Part shown: in pieces, positions 27,234 to 39,353 of the stretch | Layout: every line of letters starts with the position of its first letter | Position numbering within the stretch: the first letter of the stretch is position 1 | Assembly (NCBI RefSeq): GCF_003334785.1 | Contig: NZ_QOWV01000001.1 | Strand: one strand, 5' to 3' | Length of the DNA: 64,000 bases | DNA from: Escherichia coli | GTDB taxonomy: Bacteria > Pseudomonadota > Gammaproteobacteria > Enterobacterales > Enterobacteriaceae | The notes under the pieces: model-generated | The model's input: the letters and a program-made list of their open reading frames with translations, nothing else | What the model was told of the DNA's origin: nothing | The model's database searches: none | Position numbers and translations under genes: made by a program

Positions 27234-27863
27234 ATGAAAAGCCTCTCCTATAAGCGGATCTATAAATCACAAGAATACCTGGCAACGTTGGGCACAATTG
27301 AATACCGATCATTGTTTGGCAGTTACAGCCTGACCGTTGACGACACGGTGTTTGCGATGGTTTCTGATGGTGAGTTGTATCTTCGGGCTTGTGAGCAAAG
27401 TGCACAGTACTGTGTAAAACATCCGCCTGTCTGGCTGACATATAAAAAGTGTGGCCGATCCGTTACCCTCAATTACTATCGGGTTGATGAAAGTCTATGG
27501 CGAAATCAACTGAAGCTGGTGCGTCTGTCGAAATATTCTCTCGATGCAGCGCTGAAAGAGAAAAGCACGCGCAATACCCGGGAAAGACTGAAAGATTTGC
27601 CCAATATGTCTTTTCATCTGGAAGCGATTCTCGGGGAGGTGGGGATTAAGGATGTACGGGCGTTACGTATACTTGGGGCAAAAATGTGTTGGTTGCGACT
27701 GCGGCAGCAAAACAGTCTGGTGACAGAAAAGATTCTGTTTATGCTTGAAGGTGCCATTATCGGCATTCATGAAGCTGCGCTCCCGGTGGCACGCCGCCAG
27801 GAGCTTGCAGAATGGGCTGACTCTCTTACGCCGAAACAGGAGTTTCCTGCGGAACTTGAGTAA
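27234..27863 (+). CDS. sxy: Competence regulator Sxy (TfoX)
   Basis: 209-aa ORF MKSLSYKRIYKSQEYLATLGTIEYRS... Confidence 0.9.
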   Translation: MKSLSYKRIYKSQEYLATLGTIEYRSLFGSYSLTVDDTVFAMVSDGELYLRACEQSAQYCVKHPPVWLTYKKCGRSVTLNYYRVDESLWRNQLKLVRLSKYSLDAALKEKSTRNTRERLKDLPNMSFHLEAILGEVGIKDVRALRILGAKMCWLRLRQQNSLVTEKILFMLEGAIIGIHEAALPVARRQELAEWADSLTPKQEFPAELE

Positions 27864-29979
27864 TCTGGCGTTGCAGACGACCAATCTCAGGCAGTAATGC
27901 AATCAATAATCCAACTTGTTGTACGACCAGAGGTTCTTTGCTGTCTGCCCGTGGTTCAAGTTGCTGCATCCGCTGTTTCAGGCTAGCTAATGCCTCATTG
28001 ACGCGTTCTTCATCAGCAGGTTGATGATGTAACGCGTCATCAACATAGCAAACTGCGTCATCAAGAAACGCCAGAATTTCAGGATTAGTTAACTGCTCCC
28101 GGTGAGCACCGAGGGCTGAGATATAGCTGGTAAACGTATGGTTAAGGCACAGCAACCGAAACGCGGCTTCGCGAATTTGCGGGGTAACGTTCGGCTCGCT
28201 GGACATATTTGATACCACCGACGCCAGCTCAGCATCACGGTTGTGTGCATCGCGGCGGGCAATACGATACGCCAGACGGTTATCACGCCCCTGATGGTAT
28301 TGCTCCAGTATGGCATCGAGATACCGACAGTTGGCCTCTGTGGCGCGTTCGAGCATGCGCGGCAGATTGCGAAACTGCCAGTCAGGCCAGATGTAGCTCA
28401 CTGCCGCCCACGCAATGGCACAACCAATCAGCGTATCGATTACGCGAGGTAACGCTACTTCAAAACCTTCACCCAGTAAGTTAAAACACAGTAGCACCAA
28501 AAGTGTGATGAACATCGTTGCATGAGCGTATTGCACGTTACGGAAGGCAAAAAAGAGCACGCCGGTAATAACCAGCAGCACCAGCTGCCCTTCCAGTGAT
28601 GGCACAAACCACAGCACAGGAATGCCAATGGCGATACCTACCAGCGTACCAATAATCCTTAACTTCAGGCGGTGGCGCGTGGCGTTATAGTTTGGCTGGC
28701 AGACAAACAAACTTGTCAGCAAGATCCAATACCCGTGATGCATTCCGGTTATCTGAATGATGGCGTAGCCGAAGCACAACACCAGCGACATTCTTACCGC
28801 ATGACGGAAGAGGGCGGATTCCGGCGTGAAGTGACGGCTAAGACGCAGCCAGATATCACTCAACCCGTGCGGGCTGTCATCAGCGAGCTCATTTTCGTCA
28901 TTATTATGGGGTAGTGCCTGGGCCTGTTCTGATTCAATTGTTGCCAGTTGGGCATCAATGGCGCGTAAATTGTTCAGCAAAAATCCCAGTGTTTTGAGTA
29001 AATCGGCGGGTGCGCCGTTATCGCGCATCCGCTCCAGCGCAGCATCAATATGCGTAAAAGCGCGCTCAAAATGCGGATCATGTTGATAAGGCTGACGCAA
29101 CAAAATACAGCGTGACAGTTGCTGGCACGCCTGGCCCTGCATCGACATCAGCCGCTGAAAACGGAACAGCACGTCGCTGTGGCGAAAATGTTCACGCAAT
29201 GTTTGATACTGAATATGAGAAGAGCTGGCACGCTCGTGAATATCCTGTGCGACAAAGTAATAATGCAGCGTGCGACGCGTTCCCCGTTGACCACGATCGC
29301 CACGTAAGCGGGTCAGCAGCGAGAGTTTCGTCTGATTCAATGTCGCCATCAGCAGACCGTTGGCGAGAGCCAAATCGTACAGCGGTGCCTGGCTTTGATC
29401 TTCAATATCAGGATCAAACATGCGCGACTTGAGCTCAAGATAACGCGCCAGTTGTTCATAGCAACGCGCCAGGTTGTCCTGCAGCGGGCGGACCGGGAAC
29501 AGCAGATGACCAATAAGTGTCAGGACGTTGTACCAGACGGCACCGGCCAGCAGATACATCGGCTGCTGATACCAGTGCTCATACAGTGATGTTCCCAACA
29601 TAGTGTAAATGGCGATCAGCAATGCACCGAAGGCAATTGTTGCATAGCGTTGACCCAGACCGCCGAGCAAAATGAAGCCGCTGGTAGAGAGCGTTAAGCC
29701 AATCGCAAATAGCCAGGGCCAGGGAAACAGCAATTCTACTGAGGCCGAGGCGATAAAAAAGCAGAACAGCGTAATGATGAGGTTACGCAAACGTCCCGCC
29801 AGTCGGTCATCGAGATCGGTCAGCGCCGCTGCCACCATCCCCAGCGTTAGCGGAATCGTCAGTTTTACATCACCCAGCCACCACGGAAACGCTGTGGTTC
29901 CACAAAGCGCAATAAAAATACGCGCGTAATACAGCCAGGCGCTGTTCCAGGTATAGCGTTTGAGCAAAGGACTTAGCAT
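27826..29979 (-). CDS. yccS: Inner membrane protein YccS (putative efflux-like)
   Basis: ORF 27826..29988 (720 aa); probable start 3 codons in (MLSPLLKRYTWNSAW), giving 717 aa. Confidence 0.85.
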   Translation of the reverse strand: MLSPLLKRYTWNSAWLYYARIFIALCGTTAFPWWLGDVKLTIPLTLGMVAAALTDLDDRLAGRLRNLIITLFCFFIASASVELLFPWPWLFAIGLTLSTSGFILLGGLGQRYATIAFGALLIAIYTMLGTSLYEHWYQQPMYLLAGAVWYNVLTLIGHLLFPVRPLQDNLARCYEQLARYLELKSRMFDPDIEDQSQAPLYDLALANGLLMATLNQTKLSLLTRLRGDRGQRGTRRTLHYYFVAQDIHERASSSHIQYQTLREHFRHSDVLFRFQRLMSMQGQACQQLSRCILLRQPYQHDPHFERAFTHIDAALERMRDNGAPADLLKTLGFLLNNLRAIDAQLATIESEQAQALPHNNDENELADDSPHGLSDIWLRLSRHFTPESALFRHAVRMSLVLCFGYAIIQITGMHHGYWILLTSLFVCQPNYNATRHRLKLRIIGTLVGIAIGIPVLWFVPSLEGQLVLLVITGVLFFAFRNVQYAHATMFITLLVLLCFNLLGEGFEVALPRVIDTLIGCAIAWAAVSYIWPDWQFRNLPRMLERATEANCRYLDAILEQYHQGRDNRLAYRIARRDAHNRDAELASVVSNMSSEPNVTPQIREAAFRLLCLNHTFTSYISALGAHREQLTNPEILAFLDDAVCYVDDALHHQPADEERVNEALASLKQRMQQLEPRADSKEPLVVQQVGLLIALLPEIGRLQRQITQVPQETPVSA

Positions 29980-29997
29980 AAAGGCCATATTAGTGGA

Positions 29998-30444
29998 TTA
30001 TTCAAAACGACGACGTGCATTGGCTTCACGCGCAGCTTGCGCTGTTTCTACCGATACCACGCGACGACCAACCGGCCATAGTGCAATAGCGGCAATTTTA
30101 AAGTTCGCAATGCCGACAGGAATGCCAATGATTGAAATACATTGTGCGATGCCCGTTGCAATGTGCATCAGGCATAACCACCAGCCAAAGAAAATCAGCC
30201 AGAAAATATTCAATACCGTACCGCCAGTATTCAGCAGCACATTTTTGCCAGCCGGGTTCAGTTCATCGACATGAATAGCTTCATTGCCATAAGGCACCAG
30301 AGACAGTTTAGTGATCTCCCAGCAGGATCGTGTCAGCGGTAAGGTAAAAATCAGCACAATACTGACCAGAGTCGCCAACAGCCAGCCCAGAGTGGTGGCA
30401 AATCCGCCAAGCACAAAGTTCAGAATGTTCAAAACGGTACGCAT
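29998..30444 (-). CDS. yccF: Inner membrane protein YccF
   Basis: 148-aa hydrophobic ORF MRTVLNILNFVLGGFATTLGWL... Confidence 0.88.
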   Translation of the reverse strand: MRTVLNILNFVLGGFATTLGWLLATLVSIVLIFTLPLTRSCWEITKLSLVPYGNEAIHVDELNPAGKNVLLNTGGTVLNIFWLIFFGWWLCLMHIATGIAQCISIIGIPVGIANFKIAAIALWPVGRRVVSVETAQAAREANARRRFE

Positions 30445-30566
30445 AAAACCTCGCTTTACTGTGGTTTTCAGTAATGGGCGGCAATTGTAACGTTTTTTTG
30501 GGCTGGAGCACGTTTTCTCTGACGGTTACACTGATAAGAAATAATTTCGTGTGGATCTACAGAGTC

Positions 30567-32621
30567 ATGGAACTGAAAGCGACAACGCTTGGAAAACGTC
30601 TGGCACAGCACCCTTACGATCGGGCGGTGATCCTCAATGCCGGGATTAAAGTCTCCGGCGATCGCCACGAATACCTTATTCCTTTCAATCAATTACTGGC
30701 GATTCACTGTAAGCGCGGTCTGGTATGGGGCGAGCTGGAATTTGTACTGCCGGACGAAAAAGTGGTGCGTCTGCACGGCACCGAATGGGGCGAGACGCAG
30801 CGTTTTTACCATCATCTTGATGCTCACTGGCGGCGGTGGAGTGGCGAGATGAGCGAAATTGCGTCTGGTGTTTTACGCCAGCAACTGGATTTGATTGCCA
30901 CGCGCACTGGGGAAAATAAATGGCTGACGCGTGAGCAAACCTCTGGCGTGCAGCAACAAATCCGCCAGGCTTTGTCGGCGTTGCCGTTGCCGGTTAACCG
31001 ACTGGAAGAATTCGATAACTGCCGTGAGGCGTGGCGTAAATGTCAGGCCTGGTTGAAAGATATTGAAAGCGCTCGGTTGCAGCATAACCAGGCGTATACC
31101 GAAGCCATGCTTACCGAGTATGCGGATTTTTTCCGCCAGGTCGAGTCTTCACCGCTGAATCCGGCGCAGGCCCGGGCAGTCGTTAATGGCGAGCATTCTC
31201 TGTTAGTGCTGGCAGGTGCAGGAAGCGGAAAAACGTCGGTGCTGGTGGCCCGTGCAGGCTGGTTGCTGGCGCGTGGTGAAGCGTCCCCTGAGCAAATTTT
31301 ATTGCTGGCGTTTGGTCGCAAAGCCGCTGAAGAGATGGACGAGCGGATTCGCGAACGGCTACATACCGAAGACATTACCGCACGCACGTTTCATGCGCTG
31401 GCGCTGCATATTATTCAGCAGGGCAGCAAAAAAGTTCCGATAGTCAGCAAACTGGAAAATGATACCGCTGCCCGTCATGAACTCTTTATTGCTGAGTGGC
31501 GCAAGCAATGCAGCGAAAAGAAAGCGCAGGCGAAGGGCTGGCGGCAATGGCTGACGGAAGAAATGCAGTGGTCAGTGCCAGAAGGTAACTTCTGGGATGA
31601 TGAAAAATTACAGCGTCGCCTTGCCTCTCGCCTCGATCGCTGGGTAAGTCTGATGCGGATGCACGGTGGTGCACAGGCAGAAATGATTGCCAGTGCACCC
31701 GAAGAGATTCGCGATCTGTTCAGTAAACGTATCAAGTTGATGGCCCCGTTATTAAAAGCCTGGAAAGGTGCGCTGAAGGCAGAAAACGCTGTCGATTTTT
31801 CGGGCCTTATTCATCAGGCGATTGTGATTCTGGAGAAAGGTCGCTTTATCAGCCCGTGGAAGCATATTCTGGTTGATGAATTTCAGGATATCTCGCCGCA
31901 GCGGGCAGCGTTGTTAGCGGCATTACGCAAGCAAAACAGTCAGACGACGTTGTTCGCTGTTGGTGATGACTGGCAGGCGATTTACCGATTCAGCGGTGCG
32001 CAAATGTCGCTCACCACCGCTTTCCATGAAAACTTTGGTGAAGGCGAACGCTGTGATTTAGACACGACTTACCGTTTTAACAGTCGTATCGGTGAGGTGG
32101 CAAACCGGTTTATTCAGCAGAACCCAGGCCAGCTGAAAAAGCCGCTAAACAGCTTAACCAATGGAGACAAAAAAGCCGTCACGTTATTGGATGAGAGTCA
32201 ACTTGACGCTTTGCTGGATAAGCTCTCTGGTTATGCCAAACCGGAAGAGCGCATTCTGATCCTGGCGCGTTACCATCACATGAGGCCTGCCAGCCTGGAA
32301 AAAGCGGCAACACGCTGGCCGAAGTTGCAAATCGACTTTATGACCATTCATGCCAGCAAAGGGCAACAGGCGGATTACGTCATCATCGTTGGCTTGCAGG
32401 AGGGAAGTGATGGTTTTCCGGCTGCGGCGCGGGAGTCGATTATGGAAGAGGCGCTACTGCCACCGGTTGAGGATTTCCCGGACGCTGAAGAACGGCGGTT
32501 AATGTACGTGGCGCTGACCCGGGCACGCCATCGGGTATGGGCACTGTTTAACAAAGAGAATCCCTCTCCCTTTGTGGAAATACTGAAAAATCTGGATGTG
32601 CCGGTGGCGAGAAAACCGTAA
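30567..32621 (+). CDS. helD: DNA helicase IV HelD
   Basis: ORF trimmed to MELKATTLGKRLAQHPYDRAVI, 684 aa; UvrD-like helicase with Walker A AGAGSGKTS. Confidence 0.92.
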   Translation: MELKATTLGKRLAQHPYDRAVILNAGIKVSGDRHEYLIPFNQLLAIHCKRGLVWGELEFVLPDEKVVRLHGTEWGETQRFYHHLDAHWRRWSGEMSEIASGVLRQQLDLIATRTGENKWLTREQTSGVQQQIRQALSALPLPVNRLEEFDNCREAWRKCQAWLKDIESARLQHNQAYTEAMLTEYADFFRQVESSPLNPAQARAVVNGEHSLLVLAGAGSGKTSVLVARAGWLLARGEASPEQILLLAFGRKAAEEMDERIRERLHTEDITARTFHALALHIIQQGSKKVPIVSKLENDTAARHELFIAEWRKQCSEKKAQAKGWRQWLTEEMQWSVPEGNFWDDEKLQRRLASRLDRWVSLMRMHGGAQAEMIASAPEEIRDLFSKRIKLMAPLLKAWKGALKAENAVDFSGLIHQAIVILEKGRFISPWKHILVDEFQDISPQRAALLAALRKQNSQTTLFAVGDDWQAIYRFSGAQMSLTTAFHENFGEGERCDLDTTYRFNSRIGEVANRFIQQNPGQLKKPLNSLTNGDKKAVTLLDESQLDALLDKLSGYAKPEERILILARYHHMRPASLEKAATRWPKLQIDFMTIHASKGQQADYVIIVGLQEGSDGFPAAARESIMEEALLPPVEDFPDAEERRLMYVALTRARHRVWALFNKENPSPFVEILKNLDVPVARKP

Positions 32622-32652
32622 GAAACAGGTGGCGTTTGCCACCTGTGCAATA

Positions 32653-33111
32653 TTACTTCAGACGGTCCGCGAGATAACGCTGATAATCGGGGATCAGAAT
32701 ATCGACCGCGTCGTTGAAATGCGGCGACTGGATTATGAAGTCTGCCGTTGCCACGTTGGTGGCGACCGGAATGTTCCATACCGTCGCCAGACGCAGCAAG
32801 GCTTTCACGTCAGGATCGTGCGGCACGGCATTTAGTGGATCCCAGAAGAAAATCAATACATCAATTTTCCCTTCTGAGATCAATGCGCCAACCTGCTGGT
32901 CACCCCCCATTGGGCCACTCAACATCGCGTTGACGTTCATGCCGGTCGCGCGGGAAATTAAGTTACCGGTAGTGCCTGTTGCATACAGTACGTGTTGTTC
33001 CAGTAACGGTTGATGCCGTTCCACCCAGCTCATCAGCATTTGTTTGCAGTGATCGTGTGCCACCAGCGCAATATGTTTCCGCGCAGGTAAAGTGCGAGTC
33101 GTCAGTTCCAT
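32653..33111 (-). CDS. mgsA: Methylglyoxal synthase MgsA
   Basis: ORF trimmed to [23 protein letters not shown], 152 aa. Confidence 0.93.
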
Positions 33112-33206
33112 AATGTACATCCGTAGTTAACTTTCCTACAGATTACTGTAAGCACTTATCGCTGCAAGATAAAGACCGAAAAAGCCTGCGCACAGGCACA
33201 AAAATC

Positions 33207-33869
33207 TCAGGAAGATGGTTGTTTTTCCGCCCACTGCAGGAAAGTATTTCGCGTTTGTGGGTCAGCCAGTTTAAACCAATACTTCAGCCGTTGTTCTGTG
33301 AGCACCTGAGACTGCGGTGGAATAGCATCCAGCTCGGAAACACCCGAAAGCAGCGTACTGTCATCTGCCATCATCGTGGCAAATTGCGGTAGTGAAGCGC
33401 GTTTCGCGGATTTGTTATAGCGTTCAACCTCGACCTCATAATCAATCGTTTTTGCCGTTGAGGTAATGGCGAGAATATCCAGCTTTACCGGAATCGGCGT
33501 CGCATCGCCATCCAACAATTCAAGGCGCGGCGCGGCATCAAAATGGTTAGCTTCCCGCTCATTCTCCAGGCGAGGCAGGCGAAAATTGACCTGGTTGATG
33601 AGCTGGGTATTAAAACTGACCACCAGCGGTGGGGAGATATACAGCCGTTCTTCACTATTGGAAAGATGAATCGTCTTCTCAACGCGAAACACTAACTGAT
33701 GCGGTCCATTATCCAGTTCAATGCTGTCCGCACCGCGCAGCAGAGAGCTGGAAACCTTCTTGCCGTCGAGTACCAGAAGATCGACATCGGTTGAAAGCCG
33801 CAGCGTGGTGGCAAAAACGGATACCGGCAAACATAATGCAATCAAGGTGGTCACGATGCCGGTTTTCAT
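33207..33869 (-). CDS. yccT: Periplasmic protein YccT (DUF2057)
   Basis: 220-aa ORF with signal peptide [20 protein letters not shown]. Confidence 0.88.
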
Positions 33870-34041
33870 AGGTAGCTCCTGTCAAAAGACCGCCCGAATA
33901 ATAATGTGTCAAAATTTTTCTTTAATCATACTTACTAACATATAGACATATTTCCCGCTTTTGCTCTCATTCATTCGTATTAGCTGCATGGTTGGCATGT
34001 CGGCTTTGTCGTACACTTTGTTAAACAGTCTGGAGGAAATA

Positions 34042-34455
34042 ATGAAAGAAACCGATATTGCAGGCATTTTAACGTCCACTCACACCATTGCGCTGGTGGG
34101 GGCAAGCGACAAACCCGATCGTCCCAGCTATCGCGTGATGAAATATCTACTCGACCAGGGGTATCACGTCATTCCGGTTTCGCCAAAAGTTGCCGGCAAA
34201 ACGCTGCTGGGCCAGAAGGGGTATGGCACGCTGGCAGACGTTCCGGAAAAAGTCGATATGGTCGATGTTTTCCGTAATTCAGAAGCGGCGTGGGGCGTGG
34301 CACAGGAAGCTATTGCCATTGGCGCGAAAACCCTCTGGATGCAACTGGGGGTGATTAATGAGCAAGCGGCAGTACTGGCACGGGATGCCGGGTTAAATGT
34401 GGTGATGGATCGCTGCCCGGCTATTGAGATCCCTCGCCTGGGCCTGGCCAAATAA
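34042..34455 (+). CDS. yccU: CoA-binding protein YccU
   Basis: ORF trimmed to [30 protein letters not shown], 137 aa. Confidence 0.88.
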   Translation: MKETDIAGILTSTHTIALVGASDKPDRPSYRVMKYLLDQGYHVIPVSPKVAGKTLLGQKGYGTLADVPEKVDMVDVFRNSEAAWGVAQEAIAIGAKTLWMQLGVINEQAAVLARDAGLNVVMDRCPAIEIPRLGLAK

Positions 34456-34492
34456 AAAATCCCCGGAAGGCAAAAACCTTCCGGGGATTTGT
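34455..34492. terminator. Bidirectional intrinsic terminator between yccU and hspQ
   Basis: aaaaaat-ccccggaagg-caaaaa-ccttccgggg-attt; 10-bp perfect stem. Confidence 0.75.
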
Positions 34493-34499
34493 TCAGGGA

Positions 34500-34874
<375 letters not shown>

Positions 34875-36065
34875 TTACATGACGCGACAGGCAAACCCTT
34901 TCAGATATAGCCCTTCCGGATAGGTAGCGATCACCGGATGATCGGCTGCCTGACGGAACTGCTCTATAAATTGTACATCACGACCGGCATCAATTGCGGC
35001 ATCCGCGATGATTTTCTGAAATAAATCGCTGGTCATCAGACCGGAACAGGAGAAAGTCAGGAGAATACCGCCTTCATTCAGCAGCTGAATCGCCAGCATG
35101 TTGATGTCTTTATAACCACGACACGCGCCCATCAACTGGCTTTTATTCTCAACAAACTTCGGCGGGTCCATCACGATAACGTCAAATTTTTCACCGCGAT
35201 CGCGATAAGTACGCAGCAATTTAAAGACATCATCACGGACAAACTCAGCCTTGCTCAGATCCAGTTTGTTCAGCTCAACGTTCTGCCGTGCAATATCCAG
35301 CGCTTCCTGGGAGGTATCAACGCTGACAACCTGGCTGCAACCGCCCATCAGTGCCGATACGGCGAAACCACCGGTATAGGAGAAACAGTTCAGCACACGT
35401 TTATTTTCAACGTAGCGGCGGGTAGCCAGGCGGCTATCACGCTGGTCCAGGTAGTAGCCCGTTTTGTGTCCGTGCTGAATATCCACCAGCAGTTTCATTC
35501 CGTGTTCTTCAATCGGCAGCAGGGCAGGTGGCAACTCGCCGGTGACGGGGCCCTGGGTCAGCTCCATTCCTTCTTTTTTACGTACCGCGACGTCGCTGCG
35601 ATCGTAAATCGAACATTCCGGGTACAGCGTTTGCAGGGCACTAATTAATGCCGCGCGCTGATATTCTGCCCCAGCACTCAGCAGTTGCAGCACCAGAAAA
35701 TTACCGAAACGATCGATAGTAATACCCGGCAGGCCATCAGATTCTCCGGCGATTAAACGATAGCTGTCGAGGCCATCTTTTTGCGCCAGCCAGTCACGCC
35801 ATTTTTGTGCTTGTTGCAAACGGCGGGAAAAAAAAGCAATGTCGATAGACTCAGACGGGTCAAACGTCCAGACGCGCGCCCGGATTTGCGAAGCTGGCGA
35901 ATAAGCGCCGCGTGCTAACCATTTTCCCTGATGATCAACAATATCGATGGTTTCACCGAGGCTGGCTTTACCTTCCATGCGGGCAACGGCCCCGGAAAAG
36001 ACCCACGGATGGCGACGAAGTAATGATTTTTCGCGCCCTTTGGCTAACACTAAACGTACACTCAT
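34875..36065 (-). CDS. rlmI: 23S rRNA m5C1962 methyltransferase RlmI (YccW)
   Basis: 396-aa [29 protein letters not shown]... Confidence 0.92.
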
Positions 36066-36159
36066 AATTTACTTTTCTGTCGATGCAAAGAAATGGGCGT
36101 CATTGTCCGGAGTTTTCCATGGATTTGCAACGCGTCCATTAAGGATAAGGAGAGCAGCA

Positions 36160-36438
36160 ATGTCGAAAGTCTGCATAATTGCCTGGGTTTACGGGCGAGT
36201 TCAGGGCGTAGGATTTCGCTACACCACACAGTACGAAGCGAAAAGACTGGGTTTAACCGGGTACGCCAAAAATCTTGACGATGGCAGCGTGGAAGTGGTT
36301 GCTTGCGGTGAAGAAGGGCAGGTGGAAAAATTAATGCAGTGGTTAAAGAGTGGCGGCCCGCGTTCTGCGCGTGTAGAACGGGTGCTCAGCGAGCCGCATC
36401 ATCCCTCGGGGGAATTAACCGATTTTCGTATCCGTTAA
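36160..36438 (+). CDS. yccX: Acylphosphatase YccX
   Basis: ORF trimmed to [38 protein letters not shown], 92 aa, acylphosphatase signature. Confidence 0.9.
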
Positions 36439-36764
36439 ATACATTTTACCGGTTTTGGCAGGCCAGCAATTTTGGTGGCTTGCTTAGCCGGACCTTTCGG
36501 AAACAGTCGGTATAAATAGCGGCTGTTACCTTTTTCTTCGCCAAATTTATTCGCCATCGCTTTTACCAGCATACGAATCGCCGGAGAAGTATTGAATTCC
36601 AGATAGAAATCACGCACAAAACGCACCACTTCCCAGTGTTCCGGTGACAGCGAAATCCCTTCGTTCTCTGCAATCACCACAGCCAGCGGCTCACTCCACT
36701 GGCTGCTTTCTTTGAGATAGCCTTCGGTATCCGTTTCTATCTCTTTACCTTCGAAGATCAGCAT
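36435..36764 (-). CDS. tusE: Sulfur transfer protein TusE (YccK)
   Basis: ORF trimmed to [28 protein letters not shown], 109 aa. Confidence 0.9.
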
Positions 36765-36854
36765 AATTATTACTACCTTAATCAGACTGGCGGCAGTGTA
36801 ACAAAAAACAAAGCCCCGCATAAAGCGAGGCTATGAAAGTGTTAGCGGGTGAGA

Positions 36855-37514
36855 TTAATCGCGGCTAGCGAAGCCCAGAATGCTCAGCAGGCTGACGAAG
36901 ATGTTGTACAGCGAAACATACAGGCTAACCGTGGCACGAATATAGTTCGTCTCACCGCCATGAATGATGTTGCTGGTTTCAAACAAGATAGCGCCAGAGG
37001 AGATCAGAATGAAGACCGCGCTGATCGCCAGATGCAGAGCAGGCAGCTGCAGGAAGATATTCGCAACCATACCAATCAGCACCACCACAATACCCGCCAT
37101 CAGCATACCGCCGAGGAACGACATATCTTTGCGGGTGGTCAGCACATATGCAGAGCAGCAGAAGAACACTAACGCCGTTCCGCCCAGTGCCATAGCGATT
37201 ACGTCACCCATTCCGGCAGACAGATAGGTGTTCAGAATAGGTCCGAGGATATAACCCAGAAAACCGGTAAAGGCGAATGCGGAGATAATCCCGGTCGGCT
37301 TATTCGCCGTTTTATAGGTCAGGAACATCAAACCATACATACCCACCAGCGTCAGAATCAGACCCGGAGATGGCAGCATCAGCACCGTACTGGCAGTTGC
37401 GGTAATCGCCGAAAAGGCCAGCGTCAGGCTCAGCAGAAAATAGGTATTACGCAGCACCTTATGGGTGCTAAGCAGTGATGTACGGTCATGTGAAGAACTA
37501 ACAATACGATCCAT
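36855..37514 (-). CDS. yccA: FtsH modulator YccA (Bax inhibitor-1 family)
   Basis: 219-aa seven-[35 protein letters not shown]... Confidence 0.92.
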   Translation of the reverse strand: MDRIVSSSHDRTSLLSTHKVLRNTYFLLSLTLAFSAITATASTVLMLPSPGLILTLVGMYGLMFLTYKTANKPTGIISAFAFTGFLGYILGPILNTYLSAGMGDVIAMALGGTALVFFCCSAYVLTTRKDMSFLGGMLMAGIVVVLIGMVANIFLQLPALHLAISAVFILISSGAILFETSNIIHGGETNYIRATVSLYVSLYNIFVSLLSILGFASRD

Positions 37515-37681
37515 TGAGTCACTCTCTATGACAGATGTAATTAATTAAGCAGCATAATGATAATGCGTAAGGGCACCCAGAAGTTTTACCCATCTTTACG
37601 CATTTGATCTGGAACAGGTTTAACAGCGGATTATCAGGTCATTAAGCAAATATAACGCCCTGAGAATTTCGACAGGCAAAA

Positions 37682-37715
37682 GAAAAAGGGGTTAGCATTT
37701 AGCTAACCCCTTATC
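37682..37715 (-). terminator. Intrinsic terminator of serT
   Basis: On the minus strand: ggggttagc-taaatgc-taacccc followed by a T-run, directly downstream of the tRNA 3' end. Confidence 0.7.
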
Positions 37716-37720
37716 TTATT

Positions 37721-37808
37721 TGGCGGAAGCGCAGAGATTCGAACTCTGGAACCCTTTCGGGTCGCCGGTTTTCAAGACCGGTGCCTTCAACCGCTCGGCC
37801 ACACTTCC
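37721..37808 (-). tRNA. serT: tRNA-Ser (anticodon UGA)
   Basis: Minus-strand 88-nt sequence GGAAGTGTGGCCGAGCGGTTGAAGGCACCGGTCTTGAAAACCGGCGACCCGAAAGGGTTCCAGAGTTCGAATCTCTGCGCTTCCGCCA; long variable arm, anticodon loop cUUGAaa, encoded CCA. Confidence 0.95.
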
Positions 37809-38234
37809 GGAATGACGCGCACTATAAACATCCCGATGCGGCGTGTAAACCCCTAATTTGTTTGTTTGCCTGAAAAACAGCCAAAAGTGCATTGATAGCG
37901 TGAAATAACAGCAGATTGATCATTTCATCACCATGAATTCCTTCTCTTTTACTCGTTTAGCAACCGGCTAAACATCCCCACCGCCCGGCCAAAAGAAAAA
38001 TAGGTCCATTTTTATCGCTAAAAGATAAATCCACACAGTTTGTATTGTTTTGTGCAAAAGTTTCACTACGCTTTATTAACAATACTTTCTGGCGACGTGC
38101 GCCAGTGCAGAAGGATGAGCTTTCGTTTTCAGCATCTCACGTGAAGCGATGGTTTGCCTTGCTACAGGGACGTCGCTTGCCGACCATAAGCGCCCGGTGT
38201 CCTGCCGGTGTCGCAAGGAGGAGAGACGTGCGAT

Positions 38235-39353
38235 ATGAATAACGAGGAAACATTTTACCAGGCCATGCGGCGTCAGGGCGTTACCCGGCGCAGCTTTCTC
38301 AAATATTGTAGTCTGGCTGCCACGTCGCTGGGATTAGGCGCGGGAATGGCACCAAAGATTGCCTGGGCGCTGGAGAACAAACCGCGCATTCCGGTGGTAT
38401 GGATCCACGGTCTGGAATGCACCTGCTGTACCGAATCTTTTATCCGCTCCGCTCACCCACTGGCGAAGGACGTCATCCTTTCCCTGATTTCCCTCGATTA
38501 CGACGATACTTTGATGGCTGCCGCCGGAACCCAGGCGGAAGAAGTCTTTGAAGACATCATCACGCAATACAATGGCAAATATATCCTCGCAGTAGAAGGT
38601 AATCCGCCGCTGGGCGAGCAGGGGATGTTCTGTATCAGCAGCGGTCGACCGTTTATTGAGAAACTCAAACGTGCCGCTGCCGGAGCCAGCGCGATTATCG
38701 CCTGGGGAACCTGCGCGTCCTGGGGCTGCGTGCAGGCCGCGCGACCCAATCCGACGCAGGCAACGCCTATCGACAAAGTCATCACCGACAAACCCATTAT
38801 CAAAGTACCTGGCTGCCCGCCGATCCCGGATGTGATGAGCGCCATCATTACTTACATGGTGACCTTTGATCGCTTGCCAGATGTCGACAGAATGGGCCGT
38901 CCGCTGATGTTCTATGGTCAGCGAATCCACGATAAATGCTATCGCCGCGCCCACTTCGACGCCGGAGAGTTCGTCCAGAGTTGGGATGATGACGCTGCCC
39001 GCAAAGGTTACTGCCTGTACAAAATGGGCTGCAAAGGGCCTACCACCTATAACGCCTGTTCCTCCACACGCTGGAATGATGGCGTTTCTTTCCCAATCCA
39101 GTCTGGTCACGGCTGCCTGGGCTGTGCGGAAAATGGTTTCTGGGATCGCGGTTCGTTCTACAGCCGCGTGGTCGATATTCCGCAAATGGGTACTCATTCC
39201 ACCGCCGATACCGTCGGTTTAACCGCGCTTGGCGTGGTGGCAGCGGCTGTTGGTGTGCACGCAGTCGCCAGCGCCGTTGACCAGCGCAGACGTCATAACC
39301 AGCAACCTACAGAAACCGAACATCAGCCAGGCAATGAGGATAAACAGGCATGA
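38235..39353 (+). CDS. hyaA: Hydrogenase 1 small subunit HyaA
   Basis: ORF trimmed to [26 protein letters not shown] (twin-arginine Tat signal), 372 aa. Confidence 0.95.
   Translation: MNNEETFYQAMRRQGVTRRSFLKYCSLAATSLGLGAGMAPKIAWALENKPRIPVVWIHGLECTCCTESFIRSAHPLAKDVILSLISLDYDDTLMAAAGTQAEEVFEDIITQYNGKYILAVEGNPPLGEQGMFCISSGRPFIEKLKRAAAGASAIIAWGTCASWGCVQAARPNPTQATPIDKVITDKPIIKVPGCPPIPDVMSAIITYMVTFDRLPDVDRMGRPLMFYGQRIHDKCYRRAHFDAGEFVQSWDDDAARKGYCLYKMGCKGPTTYNACSSTRWNDGVSFPIQSGHGCLGCAENGFWDRGSFYSRVVDIPQMGTHSTADTVGLTALGVVAAAVGVHAVASAVDQRRRHNQQPTETEHQPGNEDKQA

Noticed and set aside
38334-39197. 287-aa ORF antisense to hyaA
   Set aside because: Lies wholly inside the hyaA coding region on the opposite strand; Ala/Gly/Arg-rich translation typical of GC-rich antisense frames; hyaA itself is a confident call.
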